Part shown: one piece after another, positions 23,639-36,625 of the stretch
How positions within the stretch are numbered: the first letter of the stretch is position 1
How the letters are laid out: each line of letters starts with the position of its first letter
DNA from: Moniliella sp. 'wahieum'
Taxonomy: Eukaryota
Direction of reading: 5' to 3'
NCBI GenBank assembly: GCA_003971905.1
Contig: RSEE01000004.1
Coordinates: 620,001-684,000, forward strand
DNA length: 64,000 bases
Translations under genes and position numbers: made by a program
Notes under the pieces: model-generated
What the model was told of the DNA's origin: nothing
The model's input: only the letters and a program-made list of their open reading frames with translations
Databases searched by the model: none

Positions 23639-25659
23639 TTAACTGTGAGCACGCTCGTCTCCCAGTTGGTGACGTAGACCTCATCTCTTGCATGCCCCCT
23701 TCCAGGGCGGTTGGGCCCGGTCTGGCGCGCCTTACGGCGCCGGCACTGAGCCAATCACCACTCCTGCCACAGCCGCCAGGACAAACGCCACAAGGATGGC
23801 CCCCCAACGCGACAATGCCCCCAGTGGAAAGACCATGGTGGTCGACTTGAACCGGACGTGGCGCTGAAGGTCGGTGCCCGGCCCACCAAGCCGCGCGCGC
23901 TCGGAGAGGTGAGGGATGCACAGTTGGTCTGGTTGACTACTGGGTTGCTGCCCAAGCGCGAACCCTATATTGGCCACCAACGCCGAGCCATCGGGCACGG
24001 TAATGCTCACTCGGCCCTGCGAGTCGGCTGTGGCGGTCTGAAGCGTGGGTGTTGACCAGGTCCGGTTGGGCATTGGGCAATGTCTCAACGACAAGCCGTT
24101 CCAGGGTGTTTTGGTGCGTCGGTACCCGGGGCGGTAAGATGGGAGAGATAGAACGTCTGACCTGCCAGTGGCGGAGGGAAAAGGAAAAGGATGCACTGTT
24201 GCCTGAAGGGGAAGACATGTTGTTGGTCTGGGTGTTGATGAACGCAAAGCCGGTTAGATCGTTGGCCGTGTAAATCGAGTAGGCAGTCAGGCGCCAGCGT
24301 AGCCGCTGGGTGGGGGTGTGCTGATGGAGGCGACACGCGTGTTGCATTGTGCGCCAATCAACTGCGCAATAGCAGCATAGGCATAGTAACACGACCGCAC
24401 GTGCGGTGGCGTGTCGAGGATCGGGATTGGCTGCCACGGGGCTGAATAGGAAGTTTGGGTCGAGTGCAACTGGACAGAACTCACCCCAACCGTAGCAGCA
24501 TAGAGGAAAAAGTTGAACGTCCACAATGTGTTGGCAAACGTGTCGGAGATGCCCTTGATCCCTTCGGGGCCGATGGAGCCCATCTCACGCAGAAAGTAGG
24601 GCTTGCCCGTTACCTTGGCTTGCCCCGCCTGGCTTGCCCATTCCCCAATTGCGACGCAGTGTTGTCCAAGTCCAGTAGCCAATCGGCCGTCATGGCAAAG
24701 GGAGAAACACCAATGTAGTACTGTCCTCTCAATCTGGTCAGCCCATCGCAACGTCCAAATACACAACAGGGGTAAGGGGCAGAGGTGTGTTTGGGTGTGG
24801 GGAGGGAGGGAGGGAGACGAACCGTGTAGTCATGCTGATTCCAGCCAGAAACATAGACACCGTTACCGCTTGCCACGCCATTGGAGTCCTGAACCAAGTT
24901 TTCAATCCGGAATGGGTGGCCGTTTTGGTCCGCCGTGGTGGCAGTGGCAGCGACTTCAAAAAAAATTGGACGATTTGTTGCGCGGGACAAGGACACGAGA
25001 GTGGATGGCCTGAACATGGGCAATCCACTCTGCGCCGTACTGGGATTCAGTATAGCCACGGGGCGGTAGCCGTTTTTGACGTAGAGGTCCGGTTCGTTGC
25101 CCACCTCAAAGCCCGACACGGTCACGTTCTTGAGCAAGTCCAGTGGCGCAGCGGCCTGCTCCACGATGCGGTCAATGGAATCGGAGCCATTGTAGGCAAG
25201 TTGAGACCAAATGTGATGGGTGTGCCTTTGGGGAGACGGTCGAGCATGGTGAAGACATCGGGGCCGTAGTACCAGGAGGCGGTGACGGGGGCGAGACCGG
25301 TCGAGTTGTCAATAAAGGAATAGCCAGAGGCGTTGGCACTGTAGAGCATATTGTCGCCCTGTTGCCGCCGATGCGCAAGTGACTGGGCACCCAGTAAAGT
25401 TACGCAGGTTGGCAAGGCAGCCGTACGTCAGGGGGTTGACCTTGTCGGTACCGGTAAATGCCTGGAGGTTGGTGGGCTCGATGCCCATGCCGGATAGGAC
25501 GGCAACAGCGTCTGCGAAAGGGTATCGCCCGCGTCCGACGCGTTGAGCGCCGGCGAGAGACTGAAGGTCGTCACAGCGCTGCGGGCGACATGGACGCCTG
25601 TGGCGGCCAGGAGCCATAGCTGCGTGCACGGGCAGAGCCGAACGCCGACGGTGACCCAT
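23639..25659 (-). CDS. Glycoside hydrolase family 79 (beta-glucuronidase-like) with C-terminal TM segment; introns and frameshifts
   Basis: HLRIGGN, TFGLNL, FEVGNEPDLY (acid/base), YFLREMGS (nucleophile), GISDTFANTLWTFNFFLYAATVGV and a C-terminal hydrophobic WGAILVAFVLAAVAGVVIG. Ends approximate. Confidence 0.85.
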
Positions 25660-27520
25660 AATACTCAGAGTGACGCGTGCTGAGGGGTTGTGGAAGCAGC
25701 GGGGGCAGTGGTGGTGGGAAGGGGGAAGAGGGGCGGAGGAGAGGGAGGAGAGGAAGGCGAGGGAGAGGCGACCAGGAAACGGGACTGGAAGCTAGTGGGA
25801 GCCGCCGGGCGACACGCTATGACACGACAGACATTCATCTGGGCGTCTCTGATACGGCGAAAATGATAATGCGATAATGGCCGATTGATGATACTGATCG
25901 ATGGCCCAAACCCAGTTCGAGAAATCCTCGGCGTCACACGTCACGCGTGACGACACGCCTCTCGCCTCACGCGTCACTCCGCGGGATCCAGCGGACAGGC
26001 ATCGGTGAAACCCAGCTCGCCAGCGACGTGTGGAGCCCCACGCACGGGGGCAGTATTCCGGGAGCATGGCCTGAGCGATCACGCTGCGGAACACACCGGT
26101 GTTCGCTGATTGCGGTTCGCTGGTCGCTGCTTCTTCGTTGTTTGGCCTGCTTTTGCCCAAGAAACACACCTGCCCACCAGCCAGCATCGTCACGCGTCAT
26201 CGATCATCGTCATCAGCGTCTCCTCTGCCTTTTCTCTCCCGCATTCTCAGATCTCAGATCGCCATCTCACTCCTCGCTCGCTCGCTCGCTCCGGCCTCCA
26301 AGCGCCAACACCGCCTTTCCACGCGCACGACCCACCACGGAAACAATGTAGCAGCAGTGGTACTCGCTTCTTTCGTCTGTTCCACCGATCGCATCATATC
26401 GCTGCGCTGCAAATTTCCCTCTTCCTACTTTTGTTTTTTCCGATCGCGGTCCATGTCTCCTATTTTGCGCGTGCGCCGCCAACGAGACGGCGATGTTGGC
26501 GTACCCTTTCCTGAGGTCTACGGCCGGGAGGTTAGTGACTAGTGACATGCGACAGTGACTAGGGAGATTAGGGGTGTGGAAAACAACAACAACAACCCAT
26601 ATTAGGATGACGCCATGAGGCCTCCCTCCGTGTTACTCGGTACGTGGTTCTTCCAGATCGCGAGGTCTCGATGATGCATGATGCATGATCGCGCTCCGCT
26701 TGTCTGACGATGCAGAAGAAACTCAACGCTTTTTCCCCAATTCTCTCGGTTGTTTAGCCAAAGTTCGGCGCGTTACGCTCGGCACGTCTGCAGCAGCAGC
26801 ATGGATCAAGCGCTTCCGAGATCGGAAGCCATCCGCGCCGTCCCCTGTCTCCCATAGTGCATCGGCCGCGCCAGATACATGCTCAACGTTCAACTGAACG
26901 TTCAACCGCTCAGTGCGCTCCCTACCAGCGCCCACTACGGAATTCGGTACTCAGTCTTACTACCGTCAAACCCACCACGCACCCAACGTGCCGCTTCACC
27001 CGCGTCCCATCCGCCATCCGTTGGGAGTGCTGTCTAGCATGGCACTTCTGACACCCGGGGACCCCACTTGCCGGCACGCCGCCCACACGCCAGCATCGAT
27101 CATTGATCATGCACTATCATATCAATCCACCTGAGGCTCAGGCCGAGGGGCTGGGAGGACGCCAAGGCAGGCCAAGCTTCCAGCTTCCAGGCGCCAAGGC
27201 CTGGATCGGTACACATGTGACCCGGTGACCTGGTGCGGTGACGCGGTAACGCGTGCGATGCGGCAACAGGGTGACGTCATGTGTCACACATGGTCTGCTT
27301 TGTTGAGGCAGACTTACCGGTTACCATGGGCGCTTCTGACATCTTAGATTAAGCAACGCCTGGCACAAATATTATAGGCCTTGGGCCCTAGGCCCTATTA
27401 GGAGGCCTGGTAGGACCGGAAGCCAATTGCGCTTGAAGATCAAAGAAAACAAAACGCTGTGGCCAGTGCCAACGTCTCGACGCCGAGTGTCTGCGACGAC
27501 TGCGACCCCCGACTCGCATA

Positions 27521-27574
27521 TCACATATCACATGTCACATGTCACATGTCACATGTCACATGTCACATGTCACA
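27521..27574. repeat. (TCACATG)n heptamer tandem repeat
   Basis: Six perfect TCACATG units with TCACATA and TCACA flanks. Confidence 0.97.
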
Positions 27575-28012
27575 GGGGATGCTCCCACCATTCTCGATCG
27601 ACCGCCATATACACCTTCACCTACTCTACTGCCGTGAACAGTGCCCAAGGGAATACATGTAACGGCGAGGACAACGCGGGAACACGCCACGATCCGCATC
27701 ATGCTCCCAAAGTGCCACGGCTCAAAATCAATAACCAATCAAGACGAGGGGGGGAAGCATCCGGTTGATGAAACCATTGAACGTAGAGACGAGACAAACA
27801 CATCGCCTTTGATGGCGGACGGCGATAGGGAGCGGGGGGAGGAGGAAGGGGAAGCAGAAGAAGAAACAGAACCATGGCGAGTCAAGCCTTACGGGAATGA
27901 AGACAAGAAGGGAAGAAAAGCCAAGCCAGTTTAGCTGGCCCAGCTGTATTGTACGTGGGCTATAGCGGGAGAGCAAGGGGAGCAGAGCTGGGGCTCAAAA
28001 GGGGTACCCCGT

Positions 28013-30033
28013 TTACCGAGCATACGGATCAAAAACACGGTCGTACGTCACGCCGGGCTCGGTCCAGTGCGAAGCGGTGTGGGCGCCGGCACTCGAGATG
28101 GGCGCACCAATAGGGCCCTCGACAGGCGACCAGTACCCTCCCTCGGCTACCGACGCGCCGACAGGGTGCGCAGGCCGCACCGCCGCGTCCTGCGGCAGCT
28201 GGCCCCAACTGGCGGCCGGATCGCTACCTGATGCGTAGCCTACGCCCTCTGCGCCCCGTGGTCCGGCAAAGAAGGTTTGTCCGCCGAGGCGCGGGCTGGT
28301 CTGTGGGCTGGCCAACGGACTGTGCACCGACGACTCAAATGCCTGCCCACCGAGCCGAGCGAGGAACCGTGCTCGTGCGACTGGACCGACGGCGTGTGCC
28401 GGCCCTGCACAGCAACGCCCGAGCCAGCCAGCTCCTGGCCATACGCCGCACCGTACGACGGCCGGTTGTAGCCATAATCGTCCGAGCCGGTCATGTCGGA
28501 TTGACGAATGGCATGCGAGCCGCCCGTCGCCGTTGCCGCACCGGCATCCACGTCACCGTACGCCATGCCCAGCTGCTCCATCTCGCCCGCGTGCATCGCC
28601 TGCTCGTCGTACGGCAGCCTGCCACGGTCCAGGTGCGCATACGGGTCGGCTGGGATCGCTTCGCTTTCGGCGTAGGCGGCTGCTGGGGCGGCCGGCAAGG
28701 CGTAGCCTGCAGCCATACCGGCACCGGCACCAGCACCGGCACCAACGCCCAAGCCTACGCCCGCAGCGGGGTAGTTGGCATGGAACGGGTCTGGACCAAA
28801 GGCCGCAGGACCATGCATCCCCGTCATCTCGCCCGGCTGGCTGGGATCCAGCAGATCGGATTCGTCAAACCCATCGGGCAACTGGGGCCGATGCGGATCC
28901 TTGTCAAACAGCATCGGCTCCTCGCGTGGCCGGGAAGCGCATTTGCGCCACAAGAGACAGACGACCACCAGCAGGGCCAGCGCGCCCACGGCGGCACCCA
29001 CCGCGGCACCGGCAATCCGCCGGTGGACAAGCCCTTGCTATGCGAGCTGGCCATGTGCGCCCTTGGTCACACTGCCGAGGCATGGCCATGTCGGTCATCG
29101 TCTGCTGCGAAAGCGTCGGGGCCGAGAAACTGGCGAGGGAACCCGAGCTAATGTGGGTGTTGACCGACGACAAGGGCGAGAGACCGGCATCCGTGCTGGA
29201 AGCGCTGGTTTGTTCCGACGTCGGCGCCACCGCTACCGAAGTGGAGGCAACGGACGACAAAGAAGACGGCGCCATTGACGACAGTAGCTACGGGAGCTGG
29301 AGGAGATAAGGCTGGAGCTGGCTAGCAGCGACGACGAGGAGAGACTGGACGAGTAGAGACTGGACGAGGAGATGCTGGACGAGCTGAGCGAGCTGGATGT
29401 AGGGTAGGCTGAAGACGAGACAAAGGAGCTGGTTGGCGACGAGCTGCTGTACAGCGACGACGGCTGTCGATCGAGAGCTGCCGTATAGAATGAAGAACTC
29501 GAGCTTCCGTACGCTCCGCTGGACAGAGACGACGAGCCAGAGATGTAGCTGCTGCTTGCGCTTTGACCATAGGGATACGAGGAAGACTCATGGCCAGAGT
29601 AGGAGCTTGAACCGTACGCGTCCGATGAGGACGCGGAGCTTCCGAAACGCGAACTGCGATTGTAGCCTGCGAGTTGGAATTGGAGTTGGCGCCAGCGACC
29701 GAGCCCGAGCCCGAACCCGAACCTGAACCACTACCGGTGTACGAGGCAGCAGCGCTGAGGCGGAGGCCTGGGGCGAGCGAGACGCTGATCGGCCCGGCGA
29801 GCGGCTGTCACTAACCCTTGCACTGGTCGCCTCGCCGTTGGAGGCGTGGCGGGAGGCGCTGGCGGGTGCGTCGTCGCTGCCGTTGCTGCCGTTGCTGGAG
29901 CTGTCATCGAGGGACGAGAAGTAGTCGGAGGAAGAGGACTGGTGGGCGTGGGCGGCGCGGGCCATGTTGGCAGGACGGGCGGAGGCAAAGGCATGGTGGC
30001 GGCGCGCCGGGTGGGGGTGGATTGGAGGGTCAT
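28013..30033 (-). CDS. Ser-rich single-pass membrane protein (Mid2/Wsc-like architecture); frameshifted
   Basis: Ser-rich ectodomain (SSSLSSSSISSSSLYSSS, 29100-29600), TM AVGAAVGALALLVVVCLLW followed by RK, and a Tyr/Pro/Ala-rich tail ending RVFDPYAR at 28013. Start uncertain. Confidence 0.65.
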
Positions 30034-31281
30034 GTTGAGCTTGAGCCGGTAACGCGGGATGGGAGAGAGAAGGGTGCAAACGGGTACGGGCGAGTGTTGC
30101 GGGCAGCAGGACAGCCGGGGGACGCAGCGAGCGGGAAGGAAGGTGAGGGCGGGGGAGGGGGCACACGGGTCCGGCCGTGGGCAGGCAGAGAAGGGGTGTG
30201 GTGGTGGAGGCGACGGGGGGGACGACGGGGGGAAGACGGGGAAGACGGGCGCGGGACCAGCCGGCGGCGGGATGCTTGGCAGAGGAGCGGGAGATGCGGT
30301 GGTGTGGGATGGCAGCGGCGCGGCGGCGAGAAAAAGCAGCGGCGCAGCCTCCGCCTCTGGCAGCGCAGCAGGCACCCTGGCGGCCACCCCCTGCAGCCCG
30401 CCCAGGGGCACTGTGGACGCCGGGGTGCATCTGCTGTGCATCTGCTGGGCGGCTCGGGGTGCGGGTGGGGCACTGGCGCACTGGCGCAGCCACAGCGCAG
30501 CGCCCGGGGGGGCTGCGGCAGCGTCGCAGGTGGTGCCTGTGTGCTGGAGGGGCGGCGGCTGCGCACTGGCCCTGCGCCGATTTCCCCTCGTTCCCACCTC
30601 GCTCTGGTGCACAGTGGCCATGTGCCCGGGGGGCGTCTGCGGTGGCGGCGGGCAGGGCGCCACCCGTGCTGCGCTTTCCCGGCCGGCATGCGCCTGCACA
30701 GCGCCCGTGTGCGCCGTGCGAGGAGGAATGTGCATTTTTCACTCGGCGCTCGCACCATGCAATCGCGGGCGGACAAAGCGGAGGCAGCCTCGCGAATCGC
30801 ACGCAGGATGCATGATGCACGACGCGTGAGATCTGAGAGCGCTGCGGGGCGGACGCGTCGGGCGGTAGGGTTGGGCGCGTGCTGGCTGCCCAGCGTCGGG
30901 ACGCGGGATGGACGCGAGTGGAGTTGAACATTGCAAGCGCACGCGCTGCCGGCCGCGCGATGGAACTCGGGCGACGCGTGCGCATCTCCGCCCCCACGCG
31001 CCGCCGCGTCCCGCGTGACCGCCAGCACAGCACGCTCGTCCCCCCCCGCCCACCACCCCCTCGCCCGCTCTTGGCGCCCCACCATGCCCGCTGCCGTGTC
31101 TGCGCATGCCCGCGCAGCCGCATCGCTCGGTTGCCCACCTCCACCCCCACCACACCAGCCCCTCCTCCAGCTCCGACCCCGCCGACTCGGACGCCGCGCC
31201 AAGCAGCACCGATGGCTCGGACTGGGAAGACGATCCCGCGTTGTTCTCCTTCGCCGCCCATACACCACCTCTCGCACCTAC

Positions 31282-33971
31282 ATGACCGCCGTCCCCGACA
31301 CGCTGGCCCAGCTCGAGGCCAAGGCCGCCTCCCTCTTTCGCCCGCCTCCGGCGCCGCGCCCGCGCCTCCGGGGCACCAGCTCCGCGTCCGCCTTACCCTC
31401 GGCGACGGCCAGGCGCAGTTGTGCCCCGACGCGCTCTGCGCCCTCAACGACCGCGAAGTCCTGACTGTACGTTTTTATTATGCCCCCTCGGCACCTGGTG
31501 CAGCCTCCCTTGCCGGCCTGCGCCCCGTCGCGCGCGTCCGCTTTGCTCCCCTGCCCCCGCCCACCTCGAGCCGGCGTCGTCCCGCCCCCCCGGCGGCGGT
31601 GATCCAGCAAGCCCGAGCGGCCGTCTCACTCTACGCCTCGATCCCCAAGCGAGGCTCCCTTTTTTCTTCATCCGTGCCTTCCGCACCGCCGGCCCGGCTG
31701 CCACCTTCAGGTCTCGGTCTCTTTACCTCCCGTTCAGAGTCACGTACGCTCCTTCCCTTACCCGCTCCGTCCCTCCACCAGTTCGCCCACACCCCACCTA
31801 CACCCAAGCCCAGTGCCCAGACGTCCCAGGCGCCTTCCCTCGCTCCCCTGCTCTACCGCCTCCGCCTCGTCTTCACCTCCTCCATGACCGCCCAGCTCCA
31901 GCCCCACCCCTTCACCCCAACCAGCGCCCAACTGCCCGCTGCACCCAGTCCTCTCCAGAATCACCACACGAGGAGACGATCCCGGACGCAGAACCCCTGG
32001 ACGGACCGCCCGGCCCGCTTTCGCCCAACGAGGGGGCCCTGGAGCCATCTGAAAAGGTGGCTCCCACACCGGAGCCCATGGAGTTGGAACAGGCATGTGC
32101 CGACGTACCCCGCACATCCCCTTCCGCCGGAGAGCAATCTGCCGGCGCCACCGCACTACAATCCACCGCGCCGCCTTCCCAAGGGACTTCCTGTCCCCCC
32201 CCTCTCATCCAAGCGGTTCCGCCCACGCCCTTACTGCCCGAGGCTCCGCTTCCCCCGGTAGGGAAGGAGACAGATGCGGCATTACTCGCCAATGATGCGC
32301 CGACGAACCGAGCTTCGGAGGAGGGTTCATCTTCGGAACCCCCAATAATTGCGCCCGACGCACCCAGCCTGGACAACTTGGCTCTGGCCACGCGTCCCAC
32401 CCATCGCGGGACTCCTCGCACTGCGCCTCCGATTTTTGTGCGGGAGGCCGAGGAGGTGGATTTGGCTTCGTCCGACACGATGGTTGGTGAAGATGAAGGG
32501 AGTAGCAAGCAGCACGACGCTTTCTCCCGGCCTCACCAGCCCACACTTCGTACGGTACGGTGCGGTCGCCGGAAAAGCCTGTCTGCCAGTTCCTCATTGG
32601 GTCCAACTTGTCGCCTCCGCGTCCGGAACGACGGGGGGACACGACAGGGTATGCTTCGCCTTGCGCGTGGGCGTCTTTGGGCTCGTCGCCGTCTCGGTCT
32701 CAATCGTCGTCCCTTGCTGAGGACCTGGCGGAAGCCGAGTCGGTGCTGACTGCCTCCCCGGTTTCGCCTGCCTCCTCCGCCTCTCCCCTTCGGCCCCGCT
32801 CTTCGCCCCGGTGCACGACGCCCGACTCGGACGAGCTCTTGGCTCTGCTGTCGTCGGACGAGGAGGAGTTGACGCCTGTGCCAGAGGACATCCTTGGTCG
32901 TCCGCCGGTCCGCGCGCGCGCGCTCTCCTTCGCCACACGGGCCTCTGCCCCGCCACCTCCTCTGTCCCCCTCGGCTTCGCCAGCAAGCGCCGCAGGACGC
33001 GCAGAAAGCGCGCGCGCAACGCCAAGCGCGACGCGCCCAGCGCACGCTTCGCCCGCCGCCACGGACGTCCCGCAGGCGAACAACCCCAGGTGATCGAGGT
33101 GGAGTCGGAGCAAGAGAGTGAGAATGACGACTGTACCCTGGCCTCGTTGGTTCCCAAGCGCTCGGCCCGCAAGCGACGCGCTGCCAGCCGCCGCCCAGTT
33201 TGCGATCCCCTGCGCCAGTCAAGCGTCCGCGGCGTTCGCCTCGGATGGCCAAGGCCGTGTCGGTAGACGACGAGGCCCGAAGGCAAGTAGGCCCTGGCGA
33301 CGTGCCGACGCAGCAGGATGCAGTGTGGAGCGATGAGGACAGGAGGGATGTGGGCTACTTTCCGTTGAAGTGCAAGACGTTTTGCCTAACCCCCCTGCCT
33401 CTGACGCACTCACCAAGCTGGACCAGTCCTCCGCCCGGCATGGCAGTTGCTCCAAGCGTCAACGCGTACCCTGCCGCCTCGTCCTTCCGATCTGCCTCTT
33501 CGGATCGGGCCGAAGCCCCTTCCAATCCTCTGAGTACGTCCTTGTCGACTTTGCCTATTTCCCCTTTCCCCCGCCCTTCCCTCCTATGTACCTCTGCTCA
33601 CCAGTGTCCTGTGCTCGTGTGGATCGGCAGACTTGAGCTCGATCGAGGCCCGACTGCGGTGTCTCTACCGCGCCCAACGGCGCGCTGTCCTCGCTTCGTC
33701 CTGTCACTCCCCCCTGCCCCCCCTGGACCAGATGGACGACAGCGACAGCTCCCTCACCAGCGACGAAGAGGAGGAACGTCAAGTGAACTGCAGCCTCGCT
33801 GGGCTCGAGGCGGGCGGGGGCATGGCGCCGCTCGAGCTGGTGGTGCGGGAGCTGACGGCGCTCTGCGTCCAGGTCCAACGGACTGCGCCGGCGCGCTCGC
33901 GCCGCGCCCAGCACGCTCGCGTTGCCCACCAGCTCGCCCGGGCTGCTGCGGCTGCGGCTCGTGGACGCTAA
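31282..33971 (+). CDS. Hypothetical low-complexity protein
   Basis: Chain of overlapping coding-like frames from MTAVPDTLAQLEAKAASLF to ...HQLARAAAAAARGR (stop 33971), with acidic/Ser/Pro tracts and a probable intron near 33535-33603. No family recognised. Confidence 0.5.
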
Positions 33972-34712
33972 GCGTCACCGCCGTCGGCTGCAGTGTGAGC
34001 CACATGCGCAATGCTTTGTGCCTGCGGGGAACGAGGCTGGGGACCCGGCAGGCGAGCATCGATCAGTACTCAGTGGTCCAGCGAAGCGCGTTGGACGTTG
34101 GTCGCCCGTAGGGTTGCGACTAGGACGGGCACGTGCGCCTGGCGACAAGGGCCGGGAAACGATACCTACTAACTAGTAACGAGGCGCTGGACCGACCCGA
34201 CTCGGATAGATTGAGAGACCTGCTTCTACGATACCTGTTAGGCCTCAGCGATAGCGTAGAAGACAAACAGCTTTGCCGCCGTGGTGAGTTGAGCCGCGTC
34301 AACTGAGAAGACAAACGCCGGCACGGTCTGACCCAACCTGGCCAACCGACCAGCCCCAGTCGGCCTATTCCACTACCCGCCCCATCCGACAGGATGTGGC
34401 CACTGGGATTTGGGCCGCAGTGGCGATGGCATCACATGGGACTGCCCAGGACTGATGTCCTGATGCTGCGCCTGACACCGCCCTCGCCCTCTTAATCAGG
34501 CCAGCGTGCAGACGGGACTAGGCTGACTAGTGACTGCTGGGCTCGGGCGGGGGGGCAGGGTGTGCGGTTTTTACGTTTCAGGACGGTGGCGCCCGCAAAC
34601 CAGGCACTGCGCTGTCTTCGCATAGCACGTGGATGAGCCTCATCGGTCATCATTGCCTCGCCGTTCGTCTGTTACTTCTTGCCCTTGCCCTTCCCCCCCT
34701 CCTTCCCCTCCG

Positions 34713-36195
34713 ATGGCTGCGGTGTGGAACTGGTACACTGCTCGTGCTGCCCACCTAGCGGTCGCCGCGGGCGTCCCTGCGCTCGCGCCGCACGTTGGCG
34801 TCGTCGCCGTCTCGCTGGCGGCGTGGGTGGTGATCCAGCAGGCGTCGCAGCGCTTATCGCCCCGCCTGTTCCCGCGCACCTTTGCGCGCTTCAGCACGCG
34901 CACCCGCAAGCAATTCGACATCCACGTCGTCTCGATGGCCCACTCGGTCGTGGTCACCCTGCTTGCGTTTTGTGCGTGGAACCGGATCCGGAACGAGCGC
35001 AATGCACTCGCCGCGGGCGCCAGCCCCGCCGACGTGTTCGCCTCCCGTCCCGTGGTTACCGACCCCCGCGTGGCGCACTACCCGCCCTCGGCTGTCCAGC
35101 GCTGGGTCGGGTACGATGCACCGGCCGGCAATGTCTTGGCCATCTGCCTCGGCTACTTTATTTGGGACGCCTACATCACTCTCCGGGTACGCCCCCCCCC
35201 CCCCCTGAACCCTGCGTCCCTGCATCGTCGTTGGAGTATGGTAGACGGAGTACTGACTCGTCCTTTGCCCCCTCCTTCTTGTCCCCCCACCCTCAGCACG
35301 AGACGCCCGCGTTCGTAATCCATGGCTTGGTGTGTGCGTTTGGGTTTTCGCAGTACTTTGTACGTTTGCCTCCTGGTCTTGCCCCCTCCCGCTGGCCCCA
35401 ACGCAACCGAGACGGACCAGCTGACGTTTTTTTGCTTCAGGCACCGATGGGGATGTGGGACGGACTGAGCTACACCATGTGGGAAGCGTCGACTCGTACG
35501 TACCCCCCTCCATCCCCCTCCTTCTGCCCTAACTGAGACGAGAACTGACCTGGTGTTGCCACAGCCTTCCTCAACGTCCATTGGTTTTTGGACAAGTTCA
35601 ACAAGACGGGATCGGTGTGGCAGATGGTCAACGCTGTATTTCTGCTCAGCGCCTATGTGGGGGTGCGACTGGTGTTTGGGATGCGCAACGTGAGTACCCC
35701 GGTTCCCTGCAAGTGCCTCGGGCATCGAAACTGACCTTTGTTGCTTTGCTTTGCTTTGCCTGGGCCGGGCGGACCAGTCGTACGACCTGTTTGCCACCAC
35801 GTGGTTTAACAAGGAACCGCTCGACCCGCCGCTCCCGCGCTTCCAACACATTTACTTGTCTGTCGCCTGTCTTGCACTAAACACGCTCAACGTAATCTGG
35901 TTCAAAGCGGTGCGTCCCCCCCCGTCTCCTCGCATGGTCGACAAGGGACTGACGGACTGAGTGACTGGCTGGCTGACCCTCATCTCACCTCCTTTCTCTT
36001 GCTCTTGCTCTTCCTCTTTTGCTTCCTCTGACTGCTGTGCAGATGGTCATGGCGATCCTCAAACGATTTGAAAAGCCCAAGGAGGCCGATCCGGCGCTCC
36101 AGCACGAAGCCGACTTTGGCCCCGAGGACAGCCGTCCGGCCACGCCCTTGGTCCCCAACGCAAATGCCAAGGCCTCGGCAAGCAAGGAGGCTTGA
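34713..36195 (+). CDS. TLC (TRAM/LAG1/CLN8) domain membrane protein, multi-exon
   Basis: FDIHVVSMAHS, LAICLGYFIWDAY, FVIHGLVC, WEAST..PFLNVHWFLDK, QMVNAVFLLSAYVGVRLVFG and LNTLNVIWFKA|MVMAILKRF, separated by GT..AG introns. Confidence 0.88.
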
Positions 36196-36625
36196 GGCCG
36201 GAGGAGTGGGGCCTGAGGGGGCAAAAGGTTGCGCTGCTGCCCGCACGCCCTCTCCAACAACCGCTCTTCCAGGCGCAAGCTTTGAGGCCGGTGTGGTGCC
36301 AGCGGTCTGCGTAGCATCAGTTTGATGGCGCGCCAATAGGGACGATGATCATTAATCATTGGGCTTGGTTCTTGCCTCCGCTGCCTTTGGGATTATATAT
36401 GCTGCCACCGACAATCGCATCTAGCCAATCGCATCTCCATTTGCATCTTATTTATCGAGTTCAACGGGGGTAGAAGAACAAGGTGTCTTATTTTTGGCAA
36501 CGTATGGTACATGGGCCGAAGCTTCCACCAGCTTCCAGCTTCCAGACAGAGGACAAGGCACACACACAAAGAAGGAAAGAAAGCCAGAGCCGTATGCCGT
36601 GCTGGTACTCTTTAGTGCACTGTTC

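Noticed and set aside
29588..31447. Long ORFs (619 aa, 415 aa, 369 aa) on both strands
   Set aside because: Stop-poor, very GC-rich sequence giving Arg/Gly/Pro-rich translations with no domain signal; mostly the region between two divergent genes.
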